Below are positions 49,800 through 59,539 of a DNA stretch of 64,000 bases, piece by piece. The stretch covers positions 2,144,001-2,208,000 of the forward strand of contig OZ244587.1 of assembly GCA_965218095.1 (NCBI GenBank), given 5' to 3'. The position numbers and the translations under genes are program-made. The notes beneath the pieces were generated by a model. That model was not told the origin of the DNA. It worked only from the letters and a program-made list of their open reading frames with translations, and did no database searches. The DNA comes from Candidatus Poribacteria bacterium. GTDB lineage: Bacteria; Poribacteria; WGA-4E; PCPOR2b. Position 1 is the stretch's first letter. The number at the start of each line of letters is the position of its first letter.

Positions 49800-50190
49800 T
49801 GCTAAATCGAGACCACTCCCAACGCATCGTGCACCGAACGTTCCTCGACAATCTTTCCAACCCGAGTCCGATAGACACTGACGCCGGTGGTCGTCACTGG
49901 GACGCCGGTTCGGTGATGTCCTCAAACTTGCCGCGAAACGACTAGCAGTTGGCTACCTAGTCCGCTTCGGCAATCATATCCTCGACGACAATCTGTATTT
50001 CAGAATAGGCATTGCGGAGAACAGATACGAACTCCTTGTAACCCTCGGGGCCTTTGACTTCCATTTTTATCGACGGATTGTGGTAGACATAATTTGGGGC
50101 AATCAGTTGGTCTACCACGTCCACATTTCCCTGATTCCACATCGTTTCAAACAAACGGCGAACGATTTCTTTTTTCTCTCCAGTTGACAT
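49800..50190 (-). pseudogene. SnoaL-like ester cyclase, disrupted
   Basis: IVRRLFETMWNQGN.D...GPEGYK...EDMIAEAD* then further stops and shifts into TTTGVSVYR...GKIVEERSVHDALG. Confidence 0.75.
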
Positions 50191-50290
50191 AATCTCCTCC
50201 TTGCAAAGCAGGATTCCGGCGGGATCACCCAGACAGATCTCCCAGACTCTGCTAAACTGAACGTGATGTGAAAAATGGCGTCAAATCCCG

Positions 50291-50390
50291 TTATGAATGA
50301 ATCGTCATAGTCATGATGGTCCCACCGCCGGGGGCGTTTTCAACGGAAACCTCATCAACGAGGGAATGCATCAGATACATGCTCCATTCC
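50291..50390 (-). pseudogene. C-terminal remnant of an RsbW-like anti-sigma HATPase
   Basis: WSMYLMHSLVDEVSVENAPGGGTIMTMTIHS* resembles the RsbW G.G..L...LVDEV.....GT...M tail. Confidence 0.5.
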
Positions 50391-50549
50391 TACCATTTTT
50401 TCCTTCCCTTTTGCTCGTTTCTTAACTACTTCAGCCTTGTCCCGGCCCACCGGGGCAAGGCTTCTTTCATGCCGTAGATCTATCAGCAGCGACGAACTTT
50501 TCGACACACAAGGCTTTCTCAGATCCGTTCATTTCTCATGAACTTTCTA

Positions 50550-50699
50550 TTGACTACTTAACGTATATATGCTATATTTAAGGCTTGTGAAATTGCGAAG
50601 ACATGTTATCAAGTTCATTTCCTTTGGACGCACGCCGGAATCCACCCTTCTCATCACGGTGAAAAAGGCATTGCCCACGCCTGTAATCTATGGTAAAAT
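50550..50699 (+). promoter_or_regulatory. two candidate sigma70 promoters upstream of the uvrA unit
   Basis: TTGACT-N17-TATATT (50550-50578) and TTGCCC-N17-TAAAAT (50671-50699), both with extended TG. Confidence 0.55.
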
Positions 50700-50743
50700 C
50701 GGACTTATCAACTACTCAGTGAGAATCGTAAGGCGGTTCTATC

Positions 50744-50968
50744 ATGAGCTTATTAGCAGTCAGAAGAATTTACGAAAACGGGGTTGTACACCCTTTAGGC
50801 CCACTTCCGAATATTCCCCAATCTCAAGTAATCATCACTTTTTTAGTCGATGAACCTGCCGGCGATTTTGAAACATTCTCAGTCAAGGCAGGAAAATACT
50901 TCAACCATAAGGAGTACCTATGCCCGACGAATTCATCGACATCCGTGGCGCATGCGAACATAACCTGA
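50744..50968 (+). CDS. DUF104/AF2212-like antitoxin-type small protein, possibly degenerate
   Basis: AVRRIYENGVVHPLGPL...VIITF pattern; 3' end overlaps the uvrA start. Confidence 0.5.
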   Translation: MSLLAVRRIYENGVVHPLGPLPNIPQSQVIITFLVDEPAGDFETFSVKAGKYFNHKEYLCPTNSSTSVAHANIT

Positions 50969-53900
50969 AAAATATCGATCTCAAGCTTCCCAAAGATAAG
51001 CTCATTATCTTCACCGGTGTCAGCGGCTCGGGGAAGTCATCGCTAGCATTCGATACAATCTATGCAGAAGGACAACGTCGCTATATCGAATCCCTCTCCG
51101 CGTATGCCCGTCAGTTTCTAGGGCAACTGGAAAAACCCGATGTCGATTTCATCGGTGGGCTCTCCCCCTCAATCTCAATCGATCAGAAGTCAACGGGCAA
51201 TAACCCTCGTTCAACTGTCGCAACCATCACGGAAATCTACGATTACCTGCGCGTACTGTTTGCGCGTGTTGGCACGCCGCATTGTCTGCGGTGTGGCCGA
51301 CCTGTGGGCGTCCAAACAGTGGAGGCGATCATCGACCAGATCGTGAATCTGCCGCAGCGGACGCGGATTCTGATCCTTGCGCCGATCGTCAGTGGGCGGC
51401 GTGGCGAGTACCGCGACGATCTTGAGGATGCACTCAAGGCGGGGTTTGTGCGTGCCCGGATTGATGGACAGATCTACGACCTGTCGGACGAAATTCAGCT
51501 TGACCGGAACCAGCGCCACAACATTGAGATCGTGGTTGACCGGATTATCATCAAACCGGATGGCCGCAGCCGCATCGCAGAAGCCGTTGAAACCGCACTG
51601 CGCATGGGGGAAGGTCGCTTGATTGTCAACATCATTGAAGGACAGCCGGAGGCCGAGGATCTCTTGTTCGGGGTGGACTATACCTGTGTGAATTGCAACA
51701 TCAGCTATGAACCGCCTGCCCCACGTCAGTTTTCCTTCAACAGTCCTGCGGGGATGTGCTCAACCTGCAAGGGGCTCGGCACGAAAACGGAGATCTCCCC
51801 CGATCTGGTCGTGCCTGATCCGACCAAATCAATTCGGGAAGGAGCGATTATCTTTTGGGGACGACTTGACACGCTGCAGACACAGCACCTCGCCGTTAGC
51901 CTGGCACAACACCTCGACTTTAGCCTCGACGCTCCATGGGAACAGTTAACCGATGAGCAGAAGCGGGTTATTCTTTATGGCGCCGGCAGGGAGAAGATCC
52001 CCTTTGTCTATCAATCCCGCCGAAACCGTCGCTATAAGTATGAGGCAGCATTTGAAGGCGTGATTCCTACCGAAGAACGGAAATACTTCCAGGCAACTTC
52101 GGAGATCATGACGCGGTATCTTGCAAAATACATGGTCTCTGGCGTCTGCCCGGATTGCAACGGAACTCGACTCAAGCCAGAGGTAAAGGCCGTAACAATC
52201 GCCGGGAAATCGATCCTGGATGTGGTCGAAATGGCGGTTGGGGATTGCTTTAAGTTCTTCGAGAAACTCCAACTGCCGGAGCGCGAGGCATTCATTGCGA
52301 CAGGTCTGTTGAAAGAGATCAAGGGACGCCTCTGGTTCCTGATGAATGTTGGGCTGCACTACCTCACTTTGGACCGCACCGCCCCGACGCTCTCAGGGGG
52401 AGAATCGCAGCGCATTCGGTTAGCCAGCCAGATCGGGACAGGCTTGCGCGGCGTGATCTATGTCCTCGATGAGCCAAGCATTGGCTTGCACCCACGTGAT
52501 AATGCGCACCTTCTCACAACGCTCAAGCACCTGCGCGATCAGGGCAACACCGTGGTTGTCGTCGAGCACGATCAAGATACGATGTGGGCAGGAGATGTGA
52601 TCGTCGATTTCGGGCCGGGGCCGGGAATCAAAGGCGGGGAGATTGCCGCAATTGGTTCTCCACAAGAAATTGCTGAGAATTCGACTTCACTGACAGCACA
52701 ATATCTCCGGGGGGAACAGCAGATCGAGATTCCTGCTGAACGCCGCTCAATTGGAAATCGCTGGCTTGAGATCTGCGGCGCACGTCACAATAATCTCAAA
52801 GACATTGATGTGCGAATCCCAATCGGGGTTTTCACCTGTGTGACAGGGGTCAGTGGTTCTGGCAAAAGTTCGTTGATTAACGATATTCTATACCAGGCGC
52901 TTGCTCGAGATCTGATGAAAGCACACGCGCAGCCGGGAGAGTATGGGAACATCCGGGCAATTATCTTCAAGGAAAAGAAGAACGAGGGAGAAGAAGTCCT
53001 GGAGTTCAGAGCCTGCCCCGATCTATCGGGGAGTTCAGGGCTTCAGGAGTTCATTGATGTAGCATCCGCAATTGATAAGGTCATCGACATTGATCAGACG
53101 CCGATCGGACGGACACCGAGATCGAATCCCGCTACCTACACCAAAGTATTTGACCACATCCGTGCGCTTTATGCAGATCTCCCTGAGTCGAGATTGCGCG
53201 GTTACAAGCAGGGACGGTTCAGTTTCAATGTCAAGGGTGGTCGATGCGAAGCCTGTGAAGGCAATGGTTCAAAGCGGGTCGAGATGCACTTTATCGCCGA
53301 TGTGTGGGTCAGGTGCAATGTTTGTCAGGGCAAGCGTTATAACGACGAAACGCTGCAAGTCAAATACAGAGGGACAAGCATTGCCAATGTTCTCAATATG
53401 GATGTGCAAGAGGCTTTGGAACACTTTGCAAACGTCCCGAAGATCGCGAAGATTTTACAAACGCTGCACGACGTCGGGTTGGACTACATCAAACTCGGAC
53501 AACCTGCCCCCACGCTTTCCGGCGGGGAAGCCCAACGGATTAAGCTAGCACGTGAACTTGCCAAACGGAGTACCGGCAAAACGCTCTACATTCTCGACGA
53601 GCCCACGACCGGATTGCACTTTGACGATGTGAAAAAACTGCTTGAGGTGCTGCACCAGCTTGTCGATGCGAGCAATACTGTTGTCGTCATTGAGCATAAC
53701 CTTGAGGTGGTCAAGACTGCGGACTACCTCATCGATCTTGGACCCGAAGGTGGCGAAGAGGGAGGCTATGTCGTCGCAGTTGGCACACCAGAAGAAGTGG
53801 CGGTGGTCGAGGCGTCGTATACGGGGCTAGTGTTGAAGCCTGTATTGAATCAGGGAAGGAAGGAAGGAGGGAAGGAGAGTTCAAGAGTGCAAGGGTTCAG

Positions 53901-56565
53901 AGCCTGCCCCGATCTATCGGGGAGTTCAGAAGTTCAATATGACTCAATGAATTCATGGACTCCTGAACCCATGATACAAGAATCCACAGCGCCTTATCAG
54001 TTCGCTCGCAACGACGAGCAAAAATACATTTCCGTGCATGGGGCGCATGAACACAATCTGAAAAATATCAACGCAGACATTCCGCATCGGAAGCTCACAA
54101 CATTCACCGGCGTGAGTGGTTCAGGGAAATCGTCCCTGGCATTGGACACGATCTATGCGGAGGGGCAGCGACGCTACATCGAATCGCTCTCGGCGTATGC
54201 GCGGCAGTTCTTAGGGCAGTTGGAAAAACCAAAGGTCGAGAAGATTGAGGGGCTCTCGCCGGCGATTGCAATTGAGCAGAAAGCGCCAAGCAAGAATCCA
54301 CGTTCCACGGTCGGAACAGTCACGGAGATCTATGATTACCTGCGGGTGCTTTATGCACGGGTTGGAATAGCGCACTGCCCGCAGTGTGGGGCGGAAATCG
54401 GTGTGCAATCTGTACAGCAGATCGTTGATAAGATCATGGCGCTGCTAGGTGGAACAAGGCTTTACGTCCTGTCTCCGCTGAGCTTGCGGAGCAATGAGGA
54501 CTACCCTGATGCCTTCCGTCGTTTGCAGCATGATGGCTATGTCCGTGTCGAAATCGACGGGGAGATTTACACCATCGATCAGGCACCGAAGATCGGAAAG
54601 AGCATCAAGCACGATGTCAAGATCGTCGTTGATCGCTTGGCGCTTCAACCCGACGAGCGCAGCCGGCTTACCGAAGCGGTCGAGACCGCAACGCAGCAGA
54701 GTGGCGGCACTGTGGCAGTGGGCGTTATGGCTGAAGGAGACAGAGAACTCTCCGAGACAAGGGAGCTAGAGAAAAACAAGAGTTCAGGAGTTCAGGAGTC
54801 ACGCATCACGCATCACGTTTTCAGTGAGCATTTCGCCTGTGTCCCGTGTGGATTGAGTTTCCCGGAGTTGACGCCGCGTCACTTTTCATTTAACAGCCCA
54901 TTAGGGCAGTGCGAGCGGTGCGAAGGGATCGATGTAACACTCAGTGGGCGTGTGATTTGTAACGAATGTAAAGGAACGCGCATCCAGCCGTTAGCGCGTG
55001 GAGTTACCCTCAGTGGAAAAACCATCGCGGAAGTCACAGCGATGTCGATCGGTGATGCGGCGAACTTCTTCCATTGCCTGGATTTGTCAGCGCACCAGAT
55101 GGAGATTGGTCGTGAACTCCTCAGAGAGATTCAGAATCGGCTTCGATTTCTTGTCGATATTGGCTTGCATTACTTGACGTTAAGCCGTCCCGCACCAAGC
55201 CTCTCCGGCGGTGAGATGCAGCGCATCCGTTTGGCAAGTCAACTTGGCAGTGGTCTCACAGGGGTGACGTACATTCTTGATGAACCGAGTATCGGCTTGC
55301 ATCACCGAGATCAGGAGCGGCTTCTCGGGGCATTGAAGCATCTGCGCGATCTCGGGAACAGCGTCCTGGTCATTGAGCATGATCTGGAGACCATGCTGAC
55401 ATCGGATCATATCCTCGATTTTGGGCCTCGGGCAGGCAAGTTGGGCGGAGAGATTGTCGCCGCCGGTTCACCGACTGAAATTAAACAGAGCGAAAAATCG
55501 CTGACCAGCGGGTATCTCACAGGAACGCTCAAGATCGAGACACCGACGAAACGGCGAAAAGGCAAAAGAGAGTGGCTTGAGATGGTCGGTGTCCAAACCA
55601 ATAACCTCAAGAAGATCGATGTCAAAATTCCGTTGGGGACACTGACATGCGTGACAGGGGTTTCTGGGTCTGGGAAAAGTTCGCTAGTCGAGGAGACACT
55701 TTACCCTGTTCTCGCTTCCAACCTGAATCGGACGTGGATGCGGACAGGGAAGTATAGACAGGTCCGCGGGCTGGAATACCTTGACAAAGTGATCAACATC
55801 GATCAGCAGCCCATCGGGGATACGCCGCGATCCAATCCCGCCACTTATACCGATCTCTTCACCAAGATCCGCTATCTCTTCGCCGATCTGCCTGACGCCA
55901 AAGTGTACGGCTTCGATTCACGTCGATTCAGTTTTAACCAGAAAACAGGACAGTGCGAAACGTGCCGCGGGCATGGCTACAACAAGATTGAGATGCACTT
56001 TCTCGCGGATGTATGGGTGAAATGTGATGTGTGCGGTGGGACGGGCTATAACCACGAAACGCTGCAGATCCACTACAAGGGCAAAAATATCGCCGATATT
56101 CTGGGGATGACGGTGCAGGAAGCGCTAGATCACTTCCACAATGTGCCGAGCATCCGCAAGCCTTTACAGATGCTGTACGATGTCGGCCTGGATTACATTG
56201 AACTGGGACAATCCGCGACGACGTTCTCCGGCGGCGAAGCGCAGCGTGTCAAGCTGGCGCGAGAATTGGCGAAACGGAGCACCGGCAGAACAATCTACAT
56301 TATGGACGAACCGACGACCGGCTTGCATTTTGATGATGTACAAAAATTGCTGGTGGTGCTCAACCGCCTGGTGGACAAAGGCAACACGATCGTCATCATT
56401 GAACACAACATGGACGTGATTAAATCTGCGGATTGGATTATTGACCTCGGTCCTGAAGGCGGGGATGAAGGTGGGACGGTGGTCGCTATGGAGCCACCAG
56501 AGGAAGTGGCAACGGTAGAGGGTTCACATACCGGGCGATTTCTGCGGAAGGTTCTCACGACATAA
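50920..56565 (+). CDS. uvrA: double-length excinuclease ABC subunit A (two fused UvrA units)
   Basis: Four GVSGSGKSS Walker A motifs, four (L/F)SGGE signatures, two DTIYAEGQRRYIESLSAYARQFL and two RSNPATYT blocks. Confidence 0.97.
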   Translation: MPDEFIDIRGACEHNLKNIDLKLPKDKLIIFTGVSGSGKSSLAFDTIYAEGQRRYIESLSAYARQFLGQLEKPDVDFIGGLSPSISIDQKSTGNNPRSTVATITEIYDYLRVLFARVGTPHCLRCGRPVGVQTVEAIIDQIVNLPQRTRILILAPIVSGRRGEYRDDLEDALKAGFVRARIDGQIYDLSDEIQLDRNQRHNIEIVVDRIIIKPDGRSRIAEAVETALRMGEGRLIVNIIEGQPEAEDLLFGVDYTCVNCNISYEPPAPRQFSFNSPAGMCSTCKGLGTKTEISPDLVVPDPTKSIREGAIIFWGRLDTLQTQHLAVSLAQHLDFSLDAPWEQLTDEQKRVILYGAGREKIPFVYQSRRNRRYKYEAAFEGVIPTEERKYFQATSEIMTRYLAKYMVSGVCPDCNGTRLKPEVKAVTIAGKSILDVVEMAVGDCFKFFEKLQLPEREAFIATGLLKEIKGRLWFLMNVGLHYLTLDRTAPTLSGGESQRIRLASQIGTGLRGVIYVLDEPSIGLHPRDNAHLLTTLKHLRDQGNTVVVVEHDQDTMWAGDVIVDFGPGPGIKGGEIAAIGSPQEIAENSTSLTAQYLRGEQQIEIPAERRSIGNRWLEICGARHNNLKDIDVRIPIGVFTCVTGVSGSGKSSLINDILYQALARDLMKAHAQPGEYGNIRAIIFKEKKNEGEEVLEFRACPDLSGSSGLQEFIDVASAIDKVIDIDQTPIGRTPRSNPATYTKVFDHIRALYADLPESRLRGYKQGRFSFNVKGGRCEACEGNGSKRVEMHFIADVWVRCNVCQGKRYNDETLQVKYRGTSIANVLNMDVQEALEHFANVPKIAKILQTLHDVGLDYIKLGQPAPTLSGGEAQRIKLARELAKRSTGKTLYILDEPTTGLHFDDVKKLLEVLHQLVDASNTVVVIEHNLEVVKTADYLIDLGPEGGEEGGYVVAVGTPEEVAVVEASYTGLVLKPVLNQGRKEGGKESSRVQGFRACPDLSGSSEVQYDSMNSWTPEPMIQESTAPYQFARNDEQKYISVHGAHEHNLKNINADIPHRKLTTFTGVSGSGKSSLALDTIYAEGQRRYIESLSAYARQFLGQLEKPKVEKIEGLSPAIAIEQKAPSKNPRSTVGTVTEIYDYLRVLYARVGIAHCPQCGAEIGVQSVQQIVDKIMALLGGTRLYVLSPLSLRSNEDYPDAFRRLQHDGYVRVEIDGEIYTIDQAPKIGKSIKHDVKIVVDRLALQPDERSRLTEAVETATQQSGGTVAVGVMAEGDRELSETRELEKNKSSGVQESRITHHVFSEHFACVPCGLSFPELTPRHFSFNSPLGQCERCEGIDVTLSGRVICNECKGTRIQPLARGVTLSGKTIAEVTAMSIGDAANFFHCLDLSAHQMEIGRELLREIQNRLRFLVDIGLHYLTLSRPAPSLSGGEMQRIRLASQLGSGLTGVTYILDEPSIGLHHRDQERLLGALKHLRDLGNSVLVIEHDLETMLTSDHILDFGPRAGKLGGEIVAAGSPTEIKQSEKSLTSGYLTGTLKIETPTKRRKGKREWLEMVGVQTNNLKKIDVKIPLGTLTCVTGVSGSGKSSLVEETLYPVLASNLNRTWMRTGKYRQVRGLEYLDKVINIDQQPIGDTPRSNPATYTDLFTKIRYLFADLPDAKVYGFDSRRFSFNQKTGQCETCRGHGYNKIEMHFLADVWVKCDVCGGTGYNHETLQIHYKGKNIADILGMTVQEALDHFHNVPSIRKPLQMLYDVGLDYIELGQSATTFSGGEAQRVKLARELAKRSTGRTIYIMDEPTTGLHFDDVQKLLVVLNRLVDKGNTIVIIEHNMDVIKSADWIIDLGPEGGDEGGTVVAMEPPEEVATVEGSHTGRFLRKVLTT
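53004..53038. repeat. family B palindrome (CCCCGATCTATCGGGG) inserted in frame in uvrA, copy 1
   Basis: 35 bp identical to 53895-53929; translates as FRACPDLSGSS. Confidence 0.85.
53895..53929. repeat. family B palindrome inserted in frame in the uvrA inter-unit linker, copy 2
   Basis: GTTCAGAGCCTGCCCCGATCTATCGGGGAGTTCAG; the core also occurs intergenically at 59274 and 60827. Confidence 0.85.
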
Positions 56566-56761
56566 GCTGCTTTATGTAACTGTTCAGGTGGTAAAACGAA
56601 GAAGGGAAATAAGCGCAATCTAACAGATGCTTGCCAGCCAGATTCTTGATTTGCCGTATTTGGAAAAGGCAGGATTATTACAAGAACAAAAAGAAGAGGT
56701 AGCGAGAGAGAGCATTTCTTTCACATTTTAAGCAAGTTTCAATCGAAAGGAGAATCAACCA

Positions 56762-58045
56762 ATGGATCTCACACGACAACCACCACGCCGTCCATCAAAC
56801 CTTAGCGTTGCTGGTATTGTCGGTGCAGCGCGAATGACCGACAAAGCTAGAGCGCATAACGACGAAACGCTCGACGAATACCTCTACGGAGAGAATTCCG
56901 GGCTGGATCGCAAAGTTCTGGGGCTTCTCGGTATTTCAGCAGATGAATTTGCTGAAGCCGTAGACGAATACAATGATGAAACCCTGAGCAAATGGGTGCT
57001 TGAAAAATCAGGGGTTACACAGGCGCAAATTGATGAATTTAATCAGAGGGAGTTGAGCATCGAACCTCAGACTGGAGAATACCGTCAGCGCTTGAAGGAT
57101 CGGATCGCTAGGTACGCCCCCGGCAGGACAGACATTAAGACGGTGCTTCAATCGGTGGAATTAGACGATTGGGGAAACTTCTGGCCGGTGGATTTGACTA
57201 GGCGACCGCCGCGCAGTCCGCACTGCAAGGACGCTGCGGGAATCTTTGGCGTTGCGCGGATGGCAGACAAAGCGCGGGCGGCACACGCCGGGAAACTCGG
57301 CGAGTATCGGTATGGCGAGGACTCCGGGCACGATAAACGGGTGTTGGGTTTTCTAGGTATCTCCGCGGATGAATTCCAGGAAACCGCAGTAAATAACCCA
57401 AATGATCTAGAATTAGGCGCGTGGGTGCTCGAAAAGAGCGGGACCCAATCATCTCGGATTGCCGCTTTTAATCGTGTCGCGGCAAATAGAGGTCCCGAAG
57501 ATGATGAAGAAAAAGCGCGTTTTAATGCACGGCGGGAAGAAATCGATCCGAGCCGGACAGATATTACGACATGGGCGGATCTGATGGATTTGGACGATGA
57601 GCTCAGCTTCGGCATTGTAGACCTTGCGCGTCATGCGCCACGCAGTCCCTACGACACCGAGGTTGGGGGGATCGTAGGCTTGGCGCGAATGCTCGACAAG
57701 GCGAAGGCGCTCAATAGCGATTCACTTGGCGACTATTGGTACGGCGAGGATTCAGTCCATGATCGATACCTGCTTAAGTTTCTCGGCATTTCCCCACAAG
57801 ACTTCACGGACGCGGTGAAAACGCTGCCGACAGATGAAGATGTCGTGAATTGGCTCAAGACGCGGATCCCGAAAACTGAGGCGGAAATCGCCGGTTTTAA
57901 TGAGAAGGCGACAAACTGGGGGCCCACCAATGATGCCCAGAGAGCCTTCCTCGCAAGGGCTATCAGCAAACTGGATACAAGTCGGACGGATATTCAGACT
58001 TTTTTTGACCTGATAGTGCTTGCGGATCAGAAAAGCTTTGAGTAA
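56762..58045 (+). CDS. protein with three tandem DUF5069-like domains
   Basis: Three repeats of DL.R..PR.P...G....ARM.DKA.A.....L..Y.YGE.S..D...L..LGIS...RTDI.T; AAGGAG RBS. Confidence 0.85.
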   Translation: MDLTRQPPRRPSNLSVAGIVGAARMTDKARAHNDETLDEYLYGENSGLDRKVLGLLGISADEFAEAVDEYNDETLSKWVLEKSGVTQAQIDEFNQRELSIEPQTGEYRQRLKDRIARYAPGRTDIKTVLQSVELDDWGNFWPVDLTRRPPRSPHCKDAAGIFGVARMADKARAAHAGKLGEYRYGEDSGHDKRVLGFLGISADEFQETAVNNPNDLELGAWVLEKSGTQSSRIAAFNRVAANRGPEDDEEKARFNARREEIDPSRTDITTWADLMDLDDELSFGIVDLARHAPRSPYDTEVGGIVGLARMLDKAKALNSDSLGDYWYGEDSVHDRYLLKFLGISPQDFTDAVKTLPTDEDVVNWLKTRIPKTEAEIAGFNEKATNWGPTNDAQRAFLARAISKLDTSRTDIQTFFDLIVLADQKSFE

Positions 58046-59179
58046 ACTTTCTGTGAAGTAGGAGGAAATCTCGTCATACTTCCGGGCGATCCCCTCCACC
58101 TGCCTTGGATCTAAACGTAATTTCCCGCTTTCTCTGCCTGCTGACTCATCCCATTCACGCGCTTCCAAGTTTTCAATCGAATTCAGCACATCGGTGATCT
58201 GCCCCGTCTTGTCATCAACAATCGCGATCGCCAGATTTCCCCAGCCGTGATTGTAGTAACTGACTGTCCACGCAAAGCCTTGAAACCAAGCGTACTCATG
58301 CACGCCCTTGTGTCCTTTTAAGATTCTTTGTATGCGCGGATCGGCATTAGCAATTTGACTCGCTTGTTCCGGCGTTAATTCTGTTTTCGTCTCTAGCAGT
58401 TCGATTTCTTTCCTATCCGCTCCAGGGGGCCACGTCTTCGGTTTCCGCTCTGCAAGTGCGCGCAGCAGGGCAGCCCGCCAGCGGTGTGCATCTCTGACTT
58501 TTTCATACTGAGCAGCACGCTGTCGGTACAGCTCTGCAACGTTTGTTTGCCCTGCGTTTGCCGACCGCTCCGCCTCCCACCGAAAATAGGCAACCGTGAT
58601 CTCGTTGTACTGATCGGCACACATCTCCGCCCCATCGGCTTCAAGATTCAACGCCGCGGCATAATCCTCTTTCCTTTTGAAAATCTGCTGCTGTTTCTTG
58701 AAGAAATTGGGGTAGACACCATAATCGTAGAATCGATCCGGATAGGTCGGTGCCCATGTCGCGATAAACTGAGCAATTTTCTCGTGTTCAGCGGCAAGTT
58801 CCCTCTTTGCCGGATTTGTTATTGATTTTTCCCAGTTTGCCTTCGCTCGCTGCAGGTGATATTCTCGTTGGGCTTTGATGTCGGCTAACTCTCTGCGTCT
58901 CGTCTCCACAAGCGCATCTTTTCCATGAAGGATATAATACCGAATCTGGATTTCCGTCATCGGCATGGAGATGATTTCCAAGCAACCCGCAGCAGCCTCA
59001 CGCCACAGGGCGGCCTTGGCGAAATCTCCATCCCGTTCATAACACTTGATCATGATGTTGGCGTTTAAAGTCCCTTCACGAACCGCATGGCTTGACTGGA
59101 TGTAGAAAACCAGCATAAAAATGGCGAGGAGGATGCAGATTGCTGTAGTACGGGCATTGCGTCGGATCATTGCATACAT
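57752..59179 (-). CDS. hypothetical secreted helical protein, 3' end probably truncated
   Basis: Signal peptide and Ala-rich helical repeats; the last ~98 codons are antisense to the DUF5069-like gene and are probably not a genuine C-terminus. Confidence 0.65.
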   Translation of the reverse strand: MYAMIRRNARTTAICILLAIFMLVFYIQSSHAVREGTLNANIMIKCYERDGDFAKAALWREAAAGCLEIISMPMTEIQIRYYILHGKDALVETRRRELADIKAQREYHLQRAKANWEKSITNPAKRELAAEHEKIAQFIATWAPTYPDRFYDYGVYPNFFKKQQQIFKRKEDYAAALNLEADGAEMCADQYNEITVAYFRWEAERSANAGQTNVAELYRQRAAQYEKVRDAHRWRAALLRALAERKPKTWPPGADRKEIELLETKTELTPEQASQIANADPRIQRILKGHKGVHEYAWFQGFAWTVSYYNHGWGNLAIAIVDDKTGQITDVLNSIENLEAREWDESAGRESGKLRLDPRQVEGIARKYDEISSYFTESLLKAFLIRKHYQVKKSLNIRPTCIQFADSPCEEGSLGIIGGPPVCRLLIKTGDFRLSFRDPRLEPIHDIFICRQRFHRVREVLWGNAEKLKQVSIMD

Positions 59180-59539
59180 TCCTTTCGGGATGGTTCATTT
59201 TCCTGTTCTATCACTAAACCTTTGAGAAATCTGCGCCGTGACTTTCTCGTGCCATGAAAACGAAAAAATGAAACCCCGATAGATCGGGACAAAGCCTGGT
59301 CTTGCGCAGCGGACTCCGCTCTGCGATCGGGACTTTCGGAACGGAGCTGTGATGCGTGAGATGTCTTGCCTCTGACGCAGTACGCAATACGTTCTCGGCT
59401 GATGAAAGCACGGCGCTGAATTTTCTTTGGGAGTTGGAGGGGCTTCTCAACCCGTACCGCTCCGTAATCCTCTCTTCCTACCCATTCCCCCGCTACTCAC
59501 AAATTGAGCAAATGGTTTTCAAAATAAGTCAGCGATGAG

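Noticed and set aside
50500-50920. LexA/SOS box upstream of uvrA
   Set aside because: No convincing match to the CTGT-N8-ACAG or GAAC-N4-GTTC consensus was seen by eye.
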